Assembly: GCA_031362565.1 (NCBI GenBank)
Contig: JANLSU010000132.1
Span: 1 to 64,000 of the forward strand
DNA: 64,000 nt
From: a bacterium
GTDB taxonomy: Bacteria; Krumholzibacteriota; Krumholzibacteriia; G020349025
Reading direction: 5' to 3'
In this document: positions 1 through 10,525 of the stretch, piece after piece
Layout: each line of letters begins with the position of its first letter
How positions within the stretch are numbered: the first letter of the stretch is position 1
Position numbers and translations under genes: made by a program
Notes under the pieces: generated by a model
The model's database searches: none
Seen by the model: only the letters and a program-made list of their open reading frames with translations
Told to the model about the DNA's origin: nothing

Positions 1-439
1 GCACATGCCGGAGACCGCCTACGGGCTCCTCTTCACCATCAATTGTGTGATGATCGTCTTCCTCGAGGTGCCGCTCAACGTGCGCTTGGCGCACCGGCCT
101 CACAATCGCGTCATGGCGGTCGGCGCGATCCTCATCGCGGCGGGCTTGGGCGCGATCGCCTTTGCACACGACTTCAAGACTGCGGCAGTCACGATGGTCA
201 TTTGGACTTTCGGTGAGATGATTCTGTTTCCGGCTTCCAATGCATTGCTGGTCGACGTCACGCCGCCCACTCGGCGCGGCGAAGCGATGGGCCTCTACAC
301 GGCGACCTTCGGCGTCGGCTGCATGCTGGCGCCACTTCTCGGCACCTGGGTGCTGCAGCGTTGGGGCGCCGACGCCGCCTGGGCCGGGACCTTCGCCGTG
401 GGATGTATCGCCGCCTGGATCTTCGTGCGTGTAGACTGA
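1..439 (+). CDS. MFS transporter, C-terminal part (5' truncated by window edge)
   Basis: Multiple hydrophobic helices; IWTFGEM and PPTRRGEAMGLY are typical MFS C-domain motifs. Confidence 0.8.
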   Translation, partial: HMPETAYGLLFTINCVMIVFLEVPLNVRLAHRPHNRVMAVGAILIAAGLGAIAFAHDFKTAAVTMVIWTFGEMILFPASNALLVDVTPPTRRGEAMGLYTATFGVGCMLAPLLGTWVLQRWGADAAWAGTFAVGCIAAWIFVRVD

Positions 440-472
440 CGGCCTAGCGTTCTCTTTCGGGGGTTGATCGCC

Positions 473-1810
473 ATGGGTGTTCTGATGCAGGCTTTCCACT
501 GGGACTGCCCGCGTGTGGACCAAAAGGAATTCGCGTGGTGGAGCCATGTGCGCTCTCATCTTCCGGCGCTTGCGCAAGCGGGCTTTACGTCCTTGTGGCT
601 GCCGCCGGCGCACAAAGCCGCCAACATCGGCGGGCCGTCGATGGGATACGACCCGTACGACTACTACGACCTCGGCGAGTTCGACCAAAAGGGCCGGGTC
701 GAGACCTGGTTCGGCTCCAAGCAGGAACTGCTCGATTTGATCCGCGACGCGCATGTGCAGAAGATGACGGTGCTCGCCGACGTGGTCATCAACCACAACA
801 GTGGCGCCGATGCGACCGAGGTCAACCCGATCAACAATCAGAATCGCTGGACGGTCTTCAATCCTGCGAGCGGCAAATTCCCGCGTGACTGGGGATGCTT
901 CCACCCGAGCATGTATGAGTCCTGGGACGAGGGTGTCTTTGGTGACATGCCCGATCTCTCGCATCGCAATCCGCTGGTCTTCGCCGAACTGCTAAAGCTG
1001 GCACGCTGGCTCGTCGAGGAGATCGGCTTCGACGGTTTCCGTTTCGACTTCGTTCGCGGCTACGGGGCGAATACCGTCACGTCCATCCAAGAGTACCGGT
1101 ACATGCGCGACGGCAAGCCGTTTCAGCCCTACGGTGTCGCCGAATTCTGGGACGATGCCCGCGCCATCGCGCGCTGGGTGGATACCTCGAACTTCTCGAA
1201 TTCCAATCCCGTCGACGCCTTCGATTTTCCGTTGCGCGAGACGCTCAAGGCGCTCTGCGACCAGCAGAATTTCAATCTCCGCGATCTGACCACAGCCGAC
1301 ACGCTGCTGCAGCGGGAACCGCAGTCGACCGTCACGTTCGTGGAGAACCACGACTTGCGCGACGACGGCCGGACGATCACCAACGACAAGCTGCTGGCCT
1401 ACAGCTTCATCCTGGCGCACGAGGGCTACCCGTGCGTCTTTTGGAAGGATTACTACAACTACGGCCTCGGGCTCGAGGGCACGCCGAACGGCATCGCCGC
1501 CCTCGCCATCGCGCACGAGAAGTACGCCGGCGGCGGCACGCAAGTCCTGTGGATCGACGATGGCCTCTACATCATGCAACGCAGCGGCTACGGCACGGCA
1601 CCCGGCCTGATCTACGTCCTCAACAACCGGCGCGACGCGTGGCATGGCGAATGGGTCACGACGCAATGGCGAGACAAGAATTTTACACCGGTCGCTTGGT
1701 GGGGTACGAACGACCGGCGCCGCCCGGACGATCAACACGTTGGCTCCGACGGACGTGCGCAGTTCTTTGCCGCGCCCCGCGGCTACTCCGTGTACGCACC
1801 CATGGGCTAG
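473..1810 (+). CDS. alpha-amylase, GH13 family
   Basis: MQAFHW, WLPP, GYDPYDYYDLGE, DVVINH, GFRFDFVRG, VAEFW and FVENHD conserved regions. Confidence 0.92.
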   Translation: MGVLMQAFHWDCPRVDQKEFAWWSHVRSHLPALAQAGFTSLWLPPAHKAANIGGPSMGYDPYDYYDLGEFDQKGRVETWFGSKQELLDLIRDAHVQKMTVLADVVINHNSGADATEVNPINNQNRWTVFNPASGKFPRDWGCFHPSMYESWDEGVFGDMPDLSHRNPLVFAELLKLARWLVEEIGFDGFRFDFVRGYGANTVTSIQEYRYMRDGKPFQPYGVAEFWDDARAIARWVDTSNFSNSNPVDAFDFPLRETLKALCDQQNFNLRDLTTADTLLQREPQSTVTFVENHDLRDDGRTITNDKLLAYSFILAHEGYPCVFWKDYYNYGLGLEGTPNGIAALAIAHEKYAGGGTQVLWIDDGLYIMQRSGYGTAPGLIYVLNNRRDAWHGEWVTTQWRDKNFTPVAWWGTNDRRRPDDQHVGSDGRAQFFAAPRGYSVYAPMG

Positions 1811-1939
1811 GTTTGCCGGCGCTTTGGGCGCATGCTTGACCCCGGCAGCACGGAACACCTACCTTCGGGCTTGGGAATCGTGCCGTCTCTGCACAGTGAG
1901 CGCCACTCTCCGTCGAGTCCGATGTTCCTGGAGGTTCGA

Positions 1940-2572
1940 ATGCTTGTGAATCGCAACACCACGGTCCGCGCTTTGGCTGCCGCGGTCACTCTCTGCGCCG
2001 CCAGCTTCGCTTTTGCCGACGAGCTCGCAGTCGGCGCCAAAGGACCTGATTTCAGACTCATGAATGTCGACGGCAAGCAGCGCTCCCTGGCGGATGTCGC
2101 CGTCGGCAAGGACGGCAAACCGGCGGCAGCGACGGTCGTCGTGTTCACGTGCAACAACTGTCCGTTCGCCATCGCCTACGAACCGGTGCTGCTCGACATC
2201 TCGAAGCAATTCGCCGACAAAAACGTCGCGTTCGTGTTCATCAACTCGAACGACCCGAAGATCGTCCCGGCCGACTCGTACGAGAAGATGCAGGAGCGCG
2301 CCAAGGAAAAGGAGTTCCCCTTCCCGTACCTCTTCGATGCGTCGCAGGCGACCGCCAAAGCCTACGGCGCCTTGGTGACACCGCACGTCTACCTTCTCGA
2401 TGGCAAGGGCGTCCTGCGTTACCGAGGCCGCGTCAATGACGCTAAGGATCAAACCGAAGTGAAGTCGAACGACCTCATCAACGCCATCGACGCCGTGCTC
2501 GCCGGCAAGACCGTCGACATGGCCGAGACCAAGGCGTTCGGCTGCGGCATCAAATGGAAGAAGGCGTCCTGA
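1940..2572 (+). CDS. exported thioredoxin-family/redoxin (AhpC-TSA-like) protein
   Basis: Signal peptide, GAKGPDF, FTCNNCPF, YGALVTPH, GCGIKW; GGAGG RBS before ATG 1940. Confidence 0.85.
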   Translation: MLVNRNTTVRALAAAVTLCAASFAFADELAVGAKGPDFRLMNVDGKQRSLADVAVGKDGKPAAATVVVFTCNNCPFAIAYEPVLLDISKQFADKNVAFVFINSNDPKIVPADSYEKMQERAKEKEFPFPYLFDASQATAKAYGALVTPHVYLLDGKGVLRYRGRVNDAKDQTEVKSNDLINAIDAVLAGKTVDMAETKAFGCGIKWKKAS

Positions 2573-3078
2573 ACCGAGGCTGGTGGAGCACCGCGGCGGC
2601 GGCGCTCATGCTCTCGAGCAGTCTGGGTCTGGGCTGCGGGCCGCGCACCGGCGATGCCGCACCGCGCGTGCTCGACGCTCCAGCATTGCAACAACGGGTG
2701 GCCGGCTCGACCGGCCACCCGTTGCTCGTTGTGTTCTGGGCCACGTGGTGCCAGCCGTGTGTCGCCGAGATGCCGGACATGGTCGCCCTCGACCAGGAGT
2801 CGCCGGGCGGATTGCGGATTCTCGCCGTGAGTCTCGATTTCTTCTTGTCGGGCAAATCCACCGAAAAAGTGGTCGGCGACTACCTCCACGCTCACCCAGC
2901 GCCGCTCGAGCACGTCATCTACAGCGGCTCACAGGACGCGATCTTCAGCGCCTTCGAAATGCCCGGCAACATCCCCTACTCGATCCTCTACGACAGCCAG
3001 GGCCACGTGCTCAAACGCTTCACCGGCCAGGCCGCCCCCGCCGACGTTCGCGCCGCCCTCGCAGCATCTCCCGGCTGA
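2554..3078 (+). CDS. TlpA-like thiol-disulfide oxidoreductase, probable lipoprotein
   Basis: FWATWCQPCVAEMP active site, cis-Pro NIPY, lipobox-like LGC; start uncertain. Confidence 0.85.
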   Translation: MEEGVLNRGWWSTAAAALMLSSSLGLGCGPRTGDAAPRVLDAPALQQRVAGSTGHPLLVVFWATWCQPCVAEMPDMVALDQESPGGLRILAVSLDFFLSGKSTEKVVGDYLHAHPAPLEHVIYSGSQDAIFSAFEMPGNIPYSILYDSQGHVLKRFTGQAAPADVRAALAASPG

Positions 3079-3172
3079 AGGAGAGTCCCTTGGCCTTTGA
3101 CACTCGCCCCCAACGCGCCGCATACTCTGGGGCCTGACATTTCGCGCTTGTTTCCTTTTGCGGGAGGACGCC

Positions 3173-3886
3173 ATGAACCGCAATGCCATCGCACACCCAC
3201 GCCTTTGTCGCCGCATTGCTCAATTCACCGGCGGGACGGTTCTCGCTCTGGCGACGACGTTCGCGTCCGAGGCCACCGCAGCGCCACTGCCACAATCGAC
3301 GCTCGTCTCGAACTGTTTTGGCTGCAATCTTGGAATCTTCGATGACGCAACCATGACGTCGAACCGCGGCACGGTCCTGCCGTTCGCTATCAAAGACATC
3401 TACGTCGGCATCCAATACAGCAGTGGCTTTTCTCAACTCTCCGGCATCGAATTCAGCATTACCGGACTTCGGAGCGACGTAGACGGAATCATCGGGTTAG
3501 CGTTCGAACCGCTTGCCCCCGGAGCAGTCACCATCGGCACGATACCCTCTCCGGCTGACACGAGCGCGACGAGTGTCGGTACGGGCGGAATTAATATCGC
3601 CTGGCCGGGCTGCCTGGATGGCAATCGCGCCCTGGTGAAAATTTCATTCTTTAGCTTCACGCCGATCTCGAACAAGGTCATCACGCTGAAGCGGCGTTAC
3701 CCGACAACGAACCCCACCTTCTGGCACACACCCATCTTCGTCCAATGCGATGCGCCCGTGTTCTCTATCGTTCGCGTTTCGGGCGGGTGCTACGGAATCA
3801 ATGTGCCACCGGGGCCGCTGCCGTGCGACGCCGTGGTCGGGATCGAACGGACAACATGGTCGCAGGTGAAATCGCTCTACGAATGA
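3173..3886 (+). CDS. exported hypothetical protein with C-terminal TTWSQVKSLYE tag
   Basis: GGAGG RBS, signal peptide, beta-rich body with several Cys. Confidence 0.7.
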   Translation: MNRNAIAHPRLCRRIAQFTGGTVLALATTFASEATAAPLPQSTLVSNCFGCNLGIFDDATMTSNRGTVLPFAIKDIYVGIQYSSGFSQLSGIEFSITGLRSDVDGIIGLAFEPLAPGAVTIGTIPSPADTSATSVGTGGINIAWPGCLDGNRALVKISFFSFTPISNKVITLKRRYPTTNPTFWHTPIFVQCDAPVFSIVRVSGGCYGINVPPGPLPCDAVVGIERTTWSQVKSLYE

Positions 3887-3909
3887 GACAATGGCGGCGC
3901 CGGCGCACG

Positions 3910-4968
3910 TCAACGTTTGGCGGGCGCCCGGCGCTGGCCCTTGCCGCCGTAGAGCGATTTGACATCGGCCCACGAAACCGCGTGCAAAGGTACGGTGGGA
4001 CCGGCCCACTTCTGGACATAGCAGCAGTTCGTGCTGCCCTGAAAATCGAGCACGTAGATCTGACCGCGTGCGTCGCATGTCATCCCGTGCGATGAATCGA
4101 ATTGGCCCGGGCCGAACCCCTTGGTGCCGAAAGCACCCAGATAGTCGCCCGCATTCGAAAAGATCTGGACGCGGAAGTTGTGGTGATCGACGACGAGCAC
4201 GTTGCCCCCGGGGTCGATCGCGATCCCAAAGGCAGTCTTGAAGAGACCGGGGGCGGCGCCGAAACCGCCCCAGCGCGCCAACAATTCGCCGGCCGGCGAG
4301 AATTTTTGCACGTAGTTCGTCCCGACGTCAGACACGAACACGTTGCCGGAACGATCGACGGCAATTCCCAGCGCCGCATCGAACTGCCCGGGGCCGCCCC
4401 CATCGGTACCAAACCGGCCGAGATAGACGCCGTCATTGGTGTAGTGCTGGATGCTGCCGTCGAAATTCTCACTCACCCACACACTGCCGTCCGGTGCGAC
4501 GCCGACGGCAAACGGCAATTCGAAATGGGTGACGCCGGATCCGTCCCAAGAAAGCACGAAGTCGCCGGACGTCGTGAGCTTTTGCACCCGGCGGTTGTTC
4601 TCGTCGACGACAAAGAGGTGGCCCAAGGCGTCGGCCTCGATGTCGACCGGGTGGTCGAATTCCCGGGGACCGGTGCCGAAAGATCCCCACGTCGCAAGCA
4701 GAGTTCCGGTGCTGTCGTAGGTCATGATGCGGTGATTCATCGAGTCGGTGATGTAGACGGTGCCTTGCGGGTCGACGGTGATCCCCCGCGGTTGCTTCAA
4801 TTCCCCCGCCGCGTTGCCCTCCGGGCCCCATTCGCGCACAAAAACCGCGATCGGCACCCCGATCGACGGACCGGCGAGGGACAAGCCGAGAGCCGCCCCC
4901 ATCGCAATGATGCTGAGAATCCTTCTGGAGAACCGAAACCGAGCCATGGCGAGCGCGCCGACGGTCAC
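3910..4968 (-). CDS. NHL-repeat beta-propeller protein with C-terminal VSWADVKSLY tag
   Basis: Repeated G-x-G-P-G-x-F-x-x-P-x-G-I-A-V-D...N-x-R-V-Q-K-F units; N-terminal signal; start 4968 or 4947. Confidence 0.88.
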   Translation of the reverse strand: MTVGALAMARFRFSRRILSIIAMGAALGLSLAGPSIGVPIAVFVREWGPEGNAAGELKQPRGITVDPQGTVYITDSMNHRIMTYDSTGTLLATWGSFGTGPREFDHPVDIEADALGHLFVVDENNRRVQKLTTSGDFVLSWDGSGVTHFELPFAVGVAPDGSVWVSENFDGSIQHYTNDGVYLGRFGTDGGGPGQFDAALGIAVDRSGNVFVSDVGTNYVQKFSPAGELLARWGGFGAAPGLFKTAFGIAIDPGGNVLVVDHHNFRVQIFSNAGDYLGAFGTKGFGPGQFDSSHGMTCDARGQIYVLDFQGSTNCCYVQKWAGPTVPLHAVSWADVKSLYGGKGQRRAPAKR

Positions 4969-5229
4969 GAGGACCTCCGAACGAATCGGTGGTGGAATCG
5001 AATCGGGGAATCACCGACCCAGCAACCGGCGAGGTTCCAATCAAGATACGCGCCGCCCTCCGGGCGCGCAAGCGGTCCACAACCGGCGCTTCGGCGGTCC
5101 GGTGTGCGCACGCCGGCGCATGTGGGGCTTTTTCAGCAGTTTGATCGGCCGCCCGGCCGCACGAAACCTTTACAGAACACCGGGCCCACGTGTAATCTTG
5201 GTGTCCAACGCCTCAGTTACCGGGGGTTC

Positions 5230-6618
5230 GTGCGACCCAATCGATTCGGCTTATTCGTCGTCGGGCTCCTCGGGTTCCTGGCGTGTACGAACATTGACAT
5301 TCCAACACGACCGTCCAAAGCAACGGTCCGTTCGGCCAGCGGCAGGGTGTGGCGCGTGCGCCCCGACGGCACGGGCGACGCTCCGACGATCCAAGCCGCC
5401 GTGAATCTGTCGGCGACGGGTGACGTGGTGCTGCTCGGCCCCGGTGCATACACTTGGGCGTCGCAACAAGCGCGCGGCGAGTCCATGCTCGAAGTCTCGA
5501 AGGCAATCACATTGCGTGGTGAGGCCGGCAGCGACGCCACGATTCTCGACGCGCAGCGTCACGGCCGCATCCTGCGGATCACGCGCTGCGACTCGGTGAT
5601 GCTCGAAGGATTGACGATTCAAAATGGCCAGGACCCCGGCGACTTCGTCAATGGCGCCGGAGTGGCGGCGGACTCGACACCGGTGTACATCCGTTCCTGC
5701 GTCATCCGGGGCAACCTCCCCGCACCGAACGGCGACCGTGGCGGCAGAGGTGGTTGTGGCATCGCCGCGACATTCGTCGCCATTTCGAACTCCCGTGTCG
5801 CGGATAACAGGTCCGGCGGCATCGGCGGCGCCGGCATCCAATGCGGCATTATCGTCGCCACGAACTGTCTCTTCTCGCAGAACATCGTCCTGGGAGTGAA
5901 CGCCATGGATGGCGGCGGCGTCTGCGCCGAGAATGCCAACCTCACGAATTGCAACTTCGAGCGCAATATCATTGTTGGGTCGTTCGCGGCGGGCGGCGGC
6001 GCACGCATCGGCGCCGGCGTCGTCAACGGCTGCACCTTCCGCGGGAACCGGGTACGTGCCGACGCCGACCTGTCGGCATTCGGCGGCGGGCTGCATATCG
6101 ATCGAGTTGGGTTCGTGACACGCTGTGCGTTCATCGACAACACCGCCGACTGCAACGTCGCAGCGCGTGGCGGCGCAATCTCGGGCTTCGGAAGCGCTAT
6201 TACGGTCACCAACTGCACGCTGTACGGCAATCACGCCGCGACCATCGAACCCGACAGCATTCTCACCGTCGGCGGCATCGATCTGTCCGGTGGCAGCGTC
6301 GACCATACGATCTTCTACGGAACGACCGGCCCGGCGGTCAGCCCGAGTACTTCGACGGCTTTTTGCTGCTTCTTCGCGACCTCCATCGGCGCGAGCCTGC
6401 ACGGCATCGACCGCGGCGGCAGCTTCACCGCCGATCCGCTGTTCTGTAAGAACGATGCAAGCGCGACCCTTGACTTACGGCTCCAATCCGATTCACCCTG
6501 CGCGCCAGGCCGCAATCCCACGAACCCGCGCGCCGGGCTCCTGGGTTCCGGCACCGTCGGTTGCGGGCCGGTACCGGGCGGTGGCCGAAGCGGCAACGGT
6601 GCCGGCCGTCCGCGCTGA
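5230..6618 (+). CDS. right-handed parallel beta-helix repeat lipoprotein
   Basis: Lipobox LAC, DGTGDAPTIQAAV, repeated NCxFxxN...GGG units, ADPLFC...SPCAPG; true start inside the long ORF 4102..6618. Confidence 0.8.
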   Translation: MRPNRFGLFVVGLLGFLACTNIDIPTRPSKATVRSASGRVWRVRPDGTGDAPTIQAAVNLSATGDVVLLGPGAYTWASQQARGESMLEVSKAITLRGEAGSDATILDAQRHGRILRITRCDSVMLEGLTIQNGQDPGDFVNGAGVAADSTPVYIRSCVIRGNLPAPNGDRGGRGGCGIAATFVAISNSRVADNRSGGIGGAGIQCGIIVATNCLFSQNIVLGVNAMDGGGVCAENANLTNCNFERNIIVGSFAAGGGARIGAGVVNGCTFRGNRVRADADLSAFGGGLHIDRVGFVTRCAFIDNTADCNVAARGGAISGFGSAITVTNCTLYGNHAATIEPDSILTVGGIDLSGGSVDHTIFYGTTGPAVSPSTSTAFCCFFATSIGASLHGIDRGGSFTADPLFCKNDASATLDLRLQSDSPCAPGRNPTNPRAGLLGSGTVGCGPVPGGGRSGNGAGRPR

Positions 6619-6640
6619 AGCGCGGCCTCCGGGGAGCATC

Positions 6641-7642
6641 GTGCGACGCATTGTTTGGGGCGCCGGCCTCGTCTTCGCCTGGAGCACGGCCGCCGCCGCG
6701 AGCCCGCTGCACCACTACGTCTTCTTCGCCCTCGACCGCGCGCGCATCGCCGATTCGACCTTCGTTCAGTCCAAGGTTTTCGAAGGCGCCCAGTTGAAAT
6801 ACACCTGGCGCGAACTCGAGCCGCAGCCGGACGCCTACACCTTCGACGCCATTCGCCACGACCTGGCCTTCCTGACTTCGCACCACAAAAACCTCTTCGT
6901 GCAGCTTCAAGACGTGTCGTTCGATTCGTCGATCGTGCTCGTTCCGGAGTATCTGCGCGTGACCCCGAGATACCACGGCGGCGCCGACCCGCAATATGAA
7001 TACGAGGGCGACGACGAATCCCATGCCGTTCCCGCGGGCTGGGTCGCGAGGCGCTGGGATCCTGCCGTGCAGGCGCGTTTCCAGCGCCTTCTCGCGGCTC
7101 TGGGCGCCGAATTCGACGGCAAGATCGCGGGCATCAACCTCCCCGAGACCTCGGTCGAGTTCGGCACGAGCGGCCGGCTGTTTCCAAGCGGATTCACATT
7201 CGCGGCTTATCGTGATGCCGTGATTGCCAACATGGCGGCACTCCGGCTTGCATTTCCAAAATCGGTCGCGATGCAGTACGCCAACTTCATGCCTGGGGAA
7301 TGACTTCCCGGCGACGACCGTTCGTTTCTGCGCGATGTCTACCAGCACGCTCGGGATCTGGGCGCCGGGGTTGGCGGTCCCGAGCTGCTACCCTACCGGC
7401 GCGCGCAAATGAATCACGCCTACGGGCTGATCCAAGCGTCGCACGGTATCGTCCCGACGGGCATCGCCGTCCAAGACGGCAACTACGCGTACCAGAATCC
7501 CAAGACGAGCCGGCCGGTCTCGATCGCCGAGCTGGTCGCCTTCGCCACCGACTACCTGCGGGTCGACTACATCTTCTGGTGCACCAAGGAGCCGTTCTAC
7601 AGCCGCCACCTGCTGCCGTTTCTCGAGTCTGGACCCCATTGA
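6641..7642 (+). pseudogene. exported hypothetical protein (possibly glycoside hydrolase-like barrel) interrupted by one in-frame TGA at 7301-7303
   Basis: GGGGAG RBS plus GTG; signal peptide; YTWRELEP motif; the same frame continues past the TGA into ORF 7409..7642. Confidence 0.7.
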
Positions 7643-7771
7643 TCGGACCGCGGCCGGGACGCGATGATGCAACCGCATCGACGCCGGGCGCCAACATTGA
7701 GAAGCTGTCATCTCCCGTTCACGCCGGCGTCATGAAGACGTGCGTAGTCTGCGGAAAACGCGAGGAGAATC

Positions 7772-8440
7772 ATGCGCTGGGTATTTCTGACTTTGACGCT
7801 GTTTGCCGTGCTGGGTTGCTCGCAAGACCCCGGGCAGAGCCACAACGCGAAACCCGTGACTGCACACGCGGCCGTGAACGCCGACACCACCGCGGCCGGC
7901 GATGCGAAGCATTCCGGCACCTACACGCTGACGCCGGAAAGCCGTTTCGAGGTCAAGACCGCGAAGGCCGGGGTCTTGGGCGGATTTGCCCACAACCATG
8001 TGATCCGGGCCCAAACCTTCGTGGGCGTGATGAACTACGACGCGCAGCATCCCGGCGATTCGAAATTCGAGATCACGGTGGCGGGAGAGGGGCTCGAGGT
8101 CCTGACCGCGGCGAAAGAATCCGACAAAGCCAAAATCCGCCAGACGATGTTCACCAAGGTGTTGAAGGTCAAACAATTCCCCAACATCACGTTCGCGTCG
8201 CGCCGGGTGGCGGGGACGGCGACCGGCGTGCGGATCGAGGGCGACCTGACTCTGCTCGACCAGACGCGGCCCGTAAGCGTCGACGTGGTCTTGAAGGAGC
8301 AAGGCGACAAGCTCTCGGCCCAGGGGACGTTCGCGATTTTGCAAAGCGATTTCGGCATCAAGCCGTACAGCGCCGCCTTGGGCAGCATCAAGGTGGCCGA
8401 CAAACTCACCTTCGACTTCGAAGCCGTCGGCGCCCGCTGA
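7772..8440 (+). CDS. YceI-family lipoprotein
   Basis: Lipobox LGC; VLKVKQFPNITF, GDLTL, QSDFGIKPYSA. Confidence 0.85.
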   Translation: MRWVFLTLTLFAVLGCSQDPGQSHNAKPVTAHAAVNADTTAAGDAKHSGTYTLTPESRFEVKTAKAGVLGGFAHNHVIRAQTFVGVMNYDAQHPGDSKFEITVAGEGLEVLTAAKESDKAKIRQTMFTKVLKVKQFPNITFASRRVAGTATGVRIEGDLTLLDQTRPVSVDVVLKEQGDKLSAQGTFAILQSDFGIKPYSAALGSIKVADKLTFDFEAVGAR

Positions 8441-8453
8441 CGTCCCGCGATTC

Positions 8454-9173
8454 TCACCACGGAATCGGTTCGAGATCCTGAAAGAAGCCGCCGTTCGGGC
8501 CGTCGCCGGGGAGTGTCGCGAGCCACACGATTGTTTCGGCGCCTTTTTCCGGAGTGCGCGTCGCGGTCGGCCCGCCCATGCGGGTCCGCACCCAACCGGG
8601 GTTCACGGCGTTCACCTTCACATCACCGCGCAGGGTCTTGGCGAGTTTGACGGTCAAAGCGTCGAGTGCCGCCTTCGAGATCGAGTACGCACCGGGGCCT
8701 TCGAGACCGGCTCCAAAGGAACCACAGTCGGACGAGACGTTGACGACCCGGCCGTAGCCGCGCTGCAACATGCCGGGGATGAACGTGCGGCACGTCCACA
8801 AGGGCCCGAAGAAATGCACCGCGAAAGCTTCGTGGTACACCGCGTCCGACTGTTCGAGAACATCGCCGCGCGGATAGATGCCGGCGTTGTTGACGAGCAC
8901 ATCGACGTGCATGCCGGTGGCCCGGATGGTTTCGTGGCACGCCTCGGCCGCACCGGCGCGTGCCACATCGAGCTCGGCGGCGAGCACCCGGGCGGCCGGT
9001 GCCGCTGCTCGCACATCCTGTGCCGCCTGTTCGGCGTCACTGCCACGGCGTGCCGTGACCACGACATCCAAGCCACGGCGCCCCAACTCACAGGCGACGG
9101 CCAGCCCGATACCGCGGTTGGCGCCGGTTACAAGCGCGGTTCGCGGCTCACCACGCCGGCGTTCGCCACTCAT
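8454..9173 (-). CDS. SDR family oxidoreductase (carbonyl reductase-like)
   Basis: TGANRGIG, NNAG, YSISK, NPGWVRTRMGG. Confidence 0.92.
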   Translation of the reverse strand: MSGERRRGEPRTALVTGANRGIGLAVACELGRRGLDVVVTARRGSDAEQAAQDVRAAAPAARVLAAELDVARAGAAEACHETIRATGMHVDVLVNNAGIYPRGDVLEQSDAVYHEAFAVHFFGPLWTCRTFIPGMLQRGYGRVVNVSSDCGSFGAGLEGPGAYSISKAALDALTVKLAKTLRGDVKVNAVNPGWVRTRMGGPTATRTPEKGAETIVWLATLPGDGPNGGFFQDLEPIPW

Positions 9174-10525
9174 TGCACCGCCAACGCGTCGCGTTTTTTC
9201 TTGAGCGCGGCAATCGTCGCGTCATTGCGCTGCCCCGGCGGCAGAGCCTCCGCCTCGTGAACCGCGTCGTCGAGCGTTTTTCGCGCCTTGTCGAGATCGC
9301 CGCGCCCCTTGTAGATGTCGCTGCGCGTCTGCAGGATGCCAAGCCGCCGTGGGCCGTAGGCTTTCGTCAGCGCTCGATCCGACGCCGCAAGCGCGTCGTC
9401 CCACTGGTGCATCACCTTGTAGATCGTCGCCAACCGCGCCGGCGGATTGTAGTCGTCCGGCAGGTCGCGTTCCGAGGCTTGCAGCATGGGAATTGCTCGC
9501 TCGGGTGTCCCCAGGTCGAGACACGCACCCAGACGGTGCGAGTCGAACACGGCGCGCGCGTCCGGGTTCGCAGCGCGTGCCGCCGCGCCATCCAAGAATG
9601 CCGCCCACTGCACCGTATAGTCGTGCACGCCGGTCGAATCCTTGGCATCGTCACGCGCCGAGATCAACGTCTGATAGACGCCCGAGATATCGTCGGCGGC
9701 GATTTCGAGCGCCAGGCCGGTGACGGCGCTGCGGGAGTCGGCTTCGAAAGCCTCGACCCACTCCTTGCGATGCGCGTGTTCGGGCGGCAACTGCAAGGCA
9801 CAGTCGAGTCCCGAAGCTGCGATGCTGGCCATCGAGACACCGCGGCCAACCTTGGGATACGCTTCGCGCGCCAACATTGCGGCGGTCTCGTATTCCTTGC
9901 TCGACGAGAGCGCGAACAGCGCCGATTCCACGGCGCGCGCGTAGTGCGTCCAACCGGCGGGAGCGGCGGCGATCGCTGTACGGTAGGCAGCGGCCGCTTC
10001 GGGATACTTGCCTTCGCCGTACAGAGCGTCGGCCTGCTTCAACGCGACGTCGGCAGCGTCCTTGCCGGTCGTGCCACGCACCAGGGCCTCACCGTCATCG
10101 AGCACGCCACGAATTTGGGCTACCGTCAGGCCGCCCACCCAACGCAACACCAGTTTTTCGGTGGCCGGATCGATGACGAAGAACGACGGCAACGCCGTGA
10201 ACGAAAACTGCGCCTTGAAGGGACCGTTCTGAGCTTTTTCGGAATCGATCGCGAGCCAGACGAACCGTCCGGCTTCGCTCGCGAGGGCTTTGTCCGTGAA
10301 GACATAGGCCCGCATCGAGCGGCACGTGTGTCACCAGGGAGCCCACACGTCGACGAATATGGGCTTGTGCGTGGCCCGAGCTTGTTTCAGAGCGGCCGCG
10401 TAGTTGTCTTCCACGAACGGCAACACGGATTTCGTGGCCGGCTCGGCAACCGCCACGGCTGCAGGCAGTGCGAATGCGGCCGCGACGGCCAGCGCCGCCA
10501 AGCCGCGGTTGAACCGCAGTTTCAT
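9170..10525 (-). CDS. exported thioredoxin-like plus TPR protein, probable selenoprotein (Sec at codon 65, TGA 10333-10331)
   Basis: GGGAGG RBS, ATG 10525, signal peptide, KPIFVDVWAPW-TGA-HTCRSM in frame with ORF 9170..10315; TPR-like helical C-terminus. Confidence 0.85.

Noticed and set aside
1940..3078. Additional selenoproteins in the redoxin/TlpA pair
   Set aside because: Both have ordinary CxxC codons and no in-frame TGA
4102..5229. N-terminal 376 aa of the 838-aa ORF 4102..6618
   Set aside because: Antisense shadow of the NHL gene; the recognisable protein starts at GTG 5230
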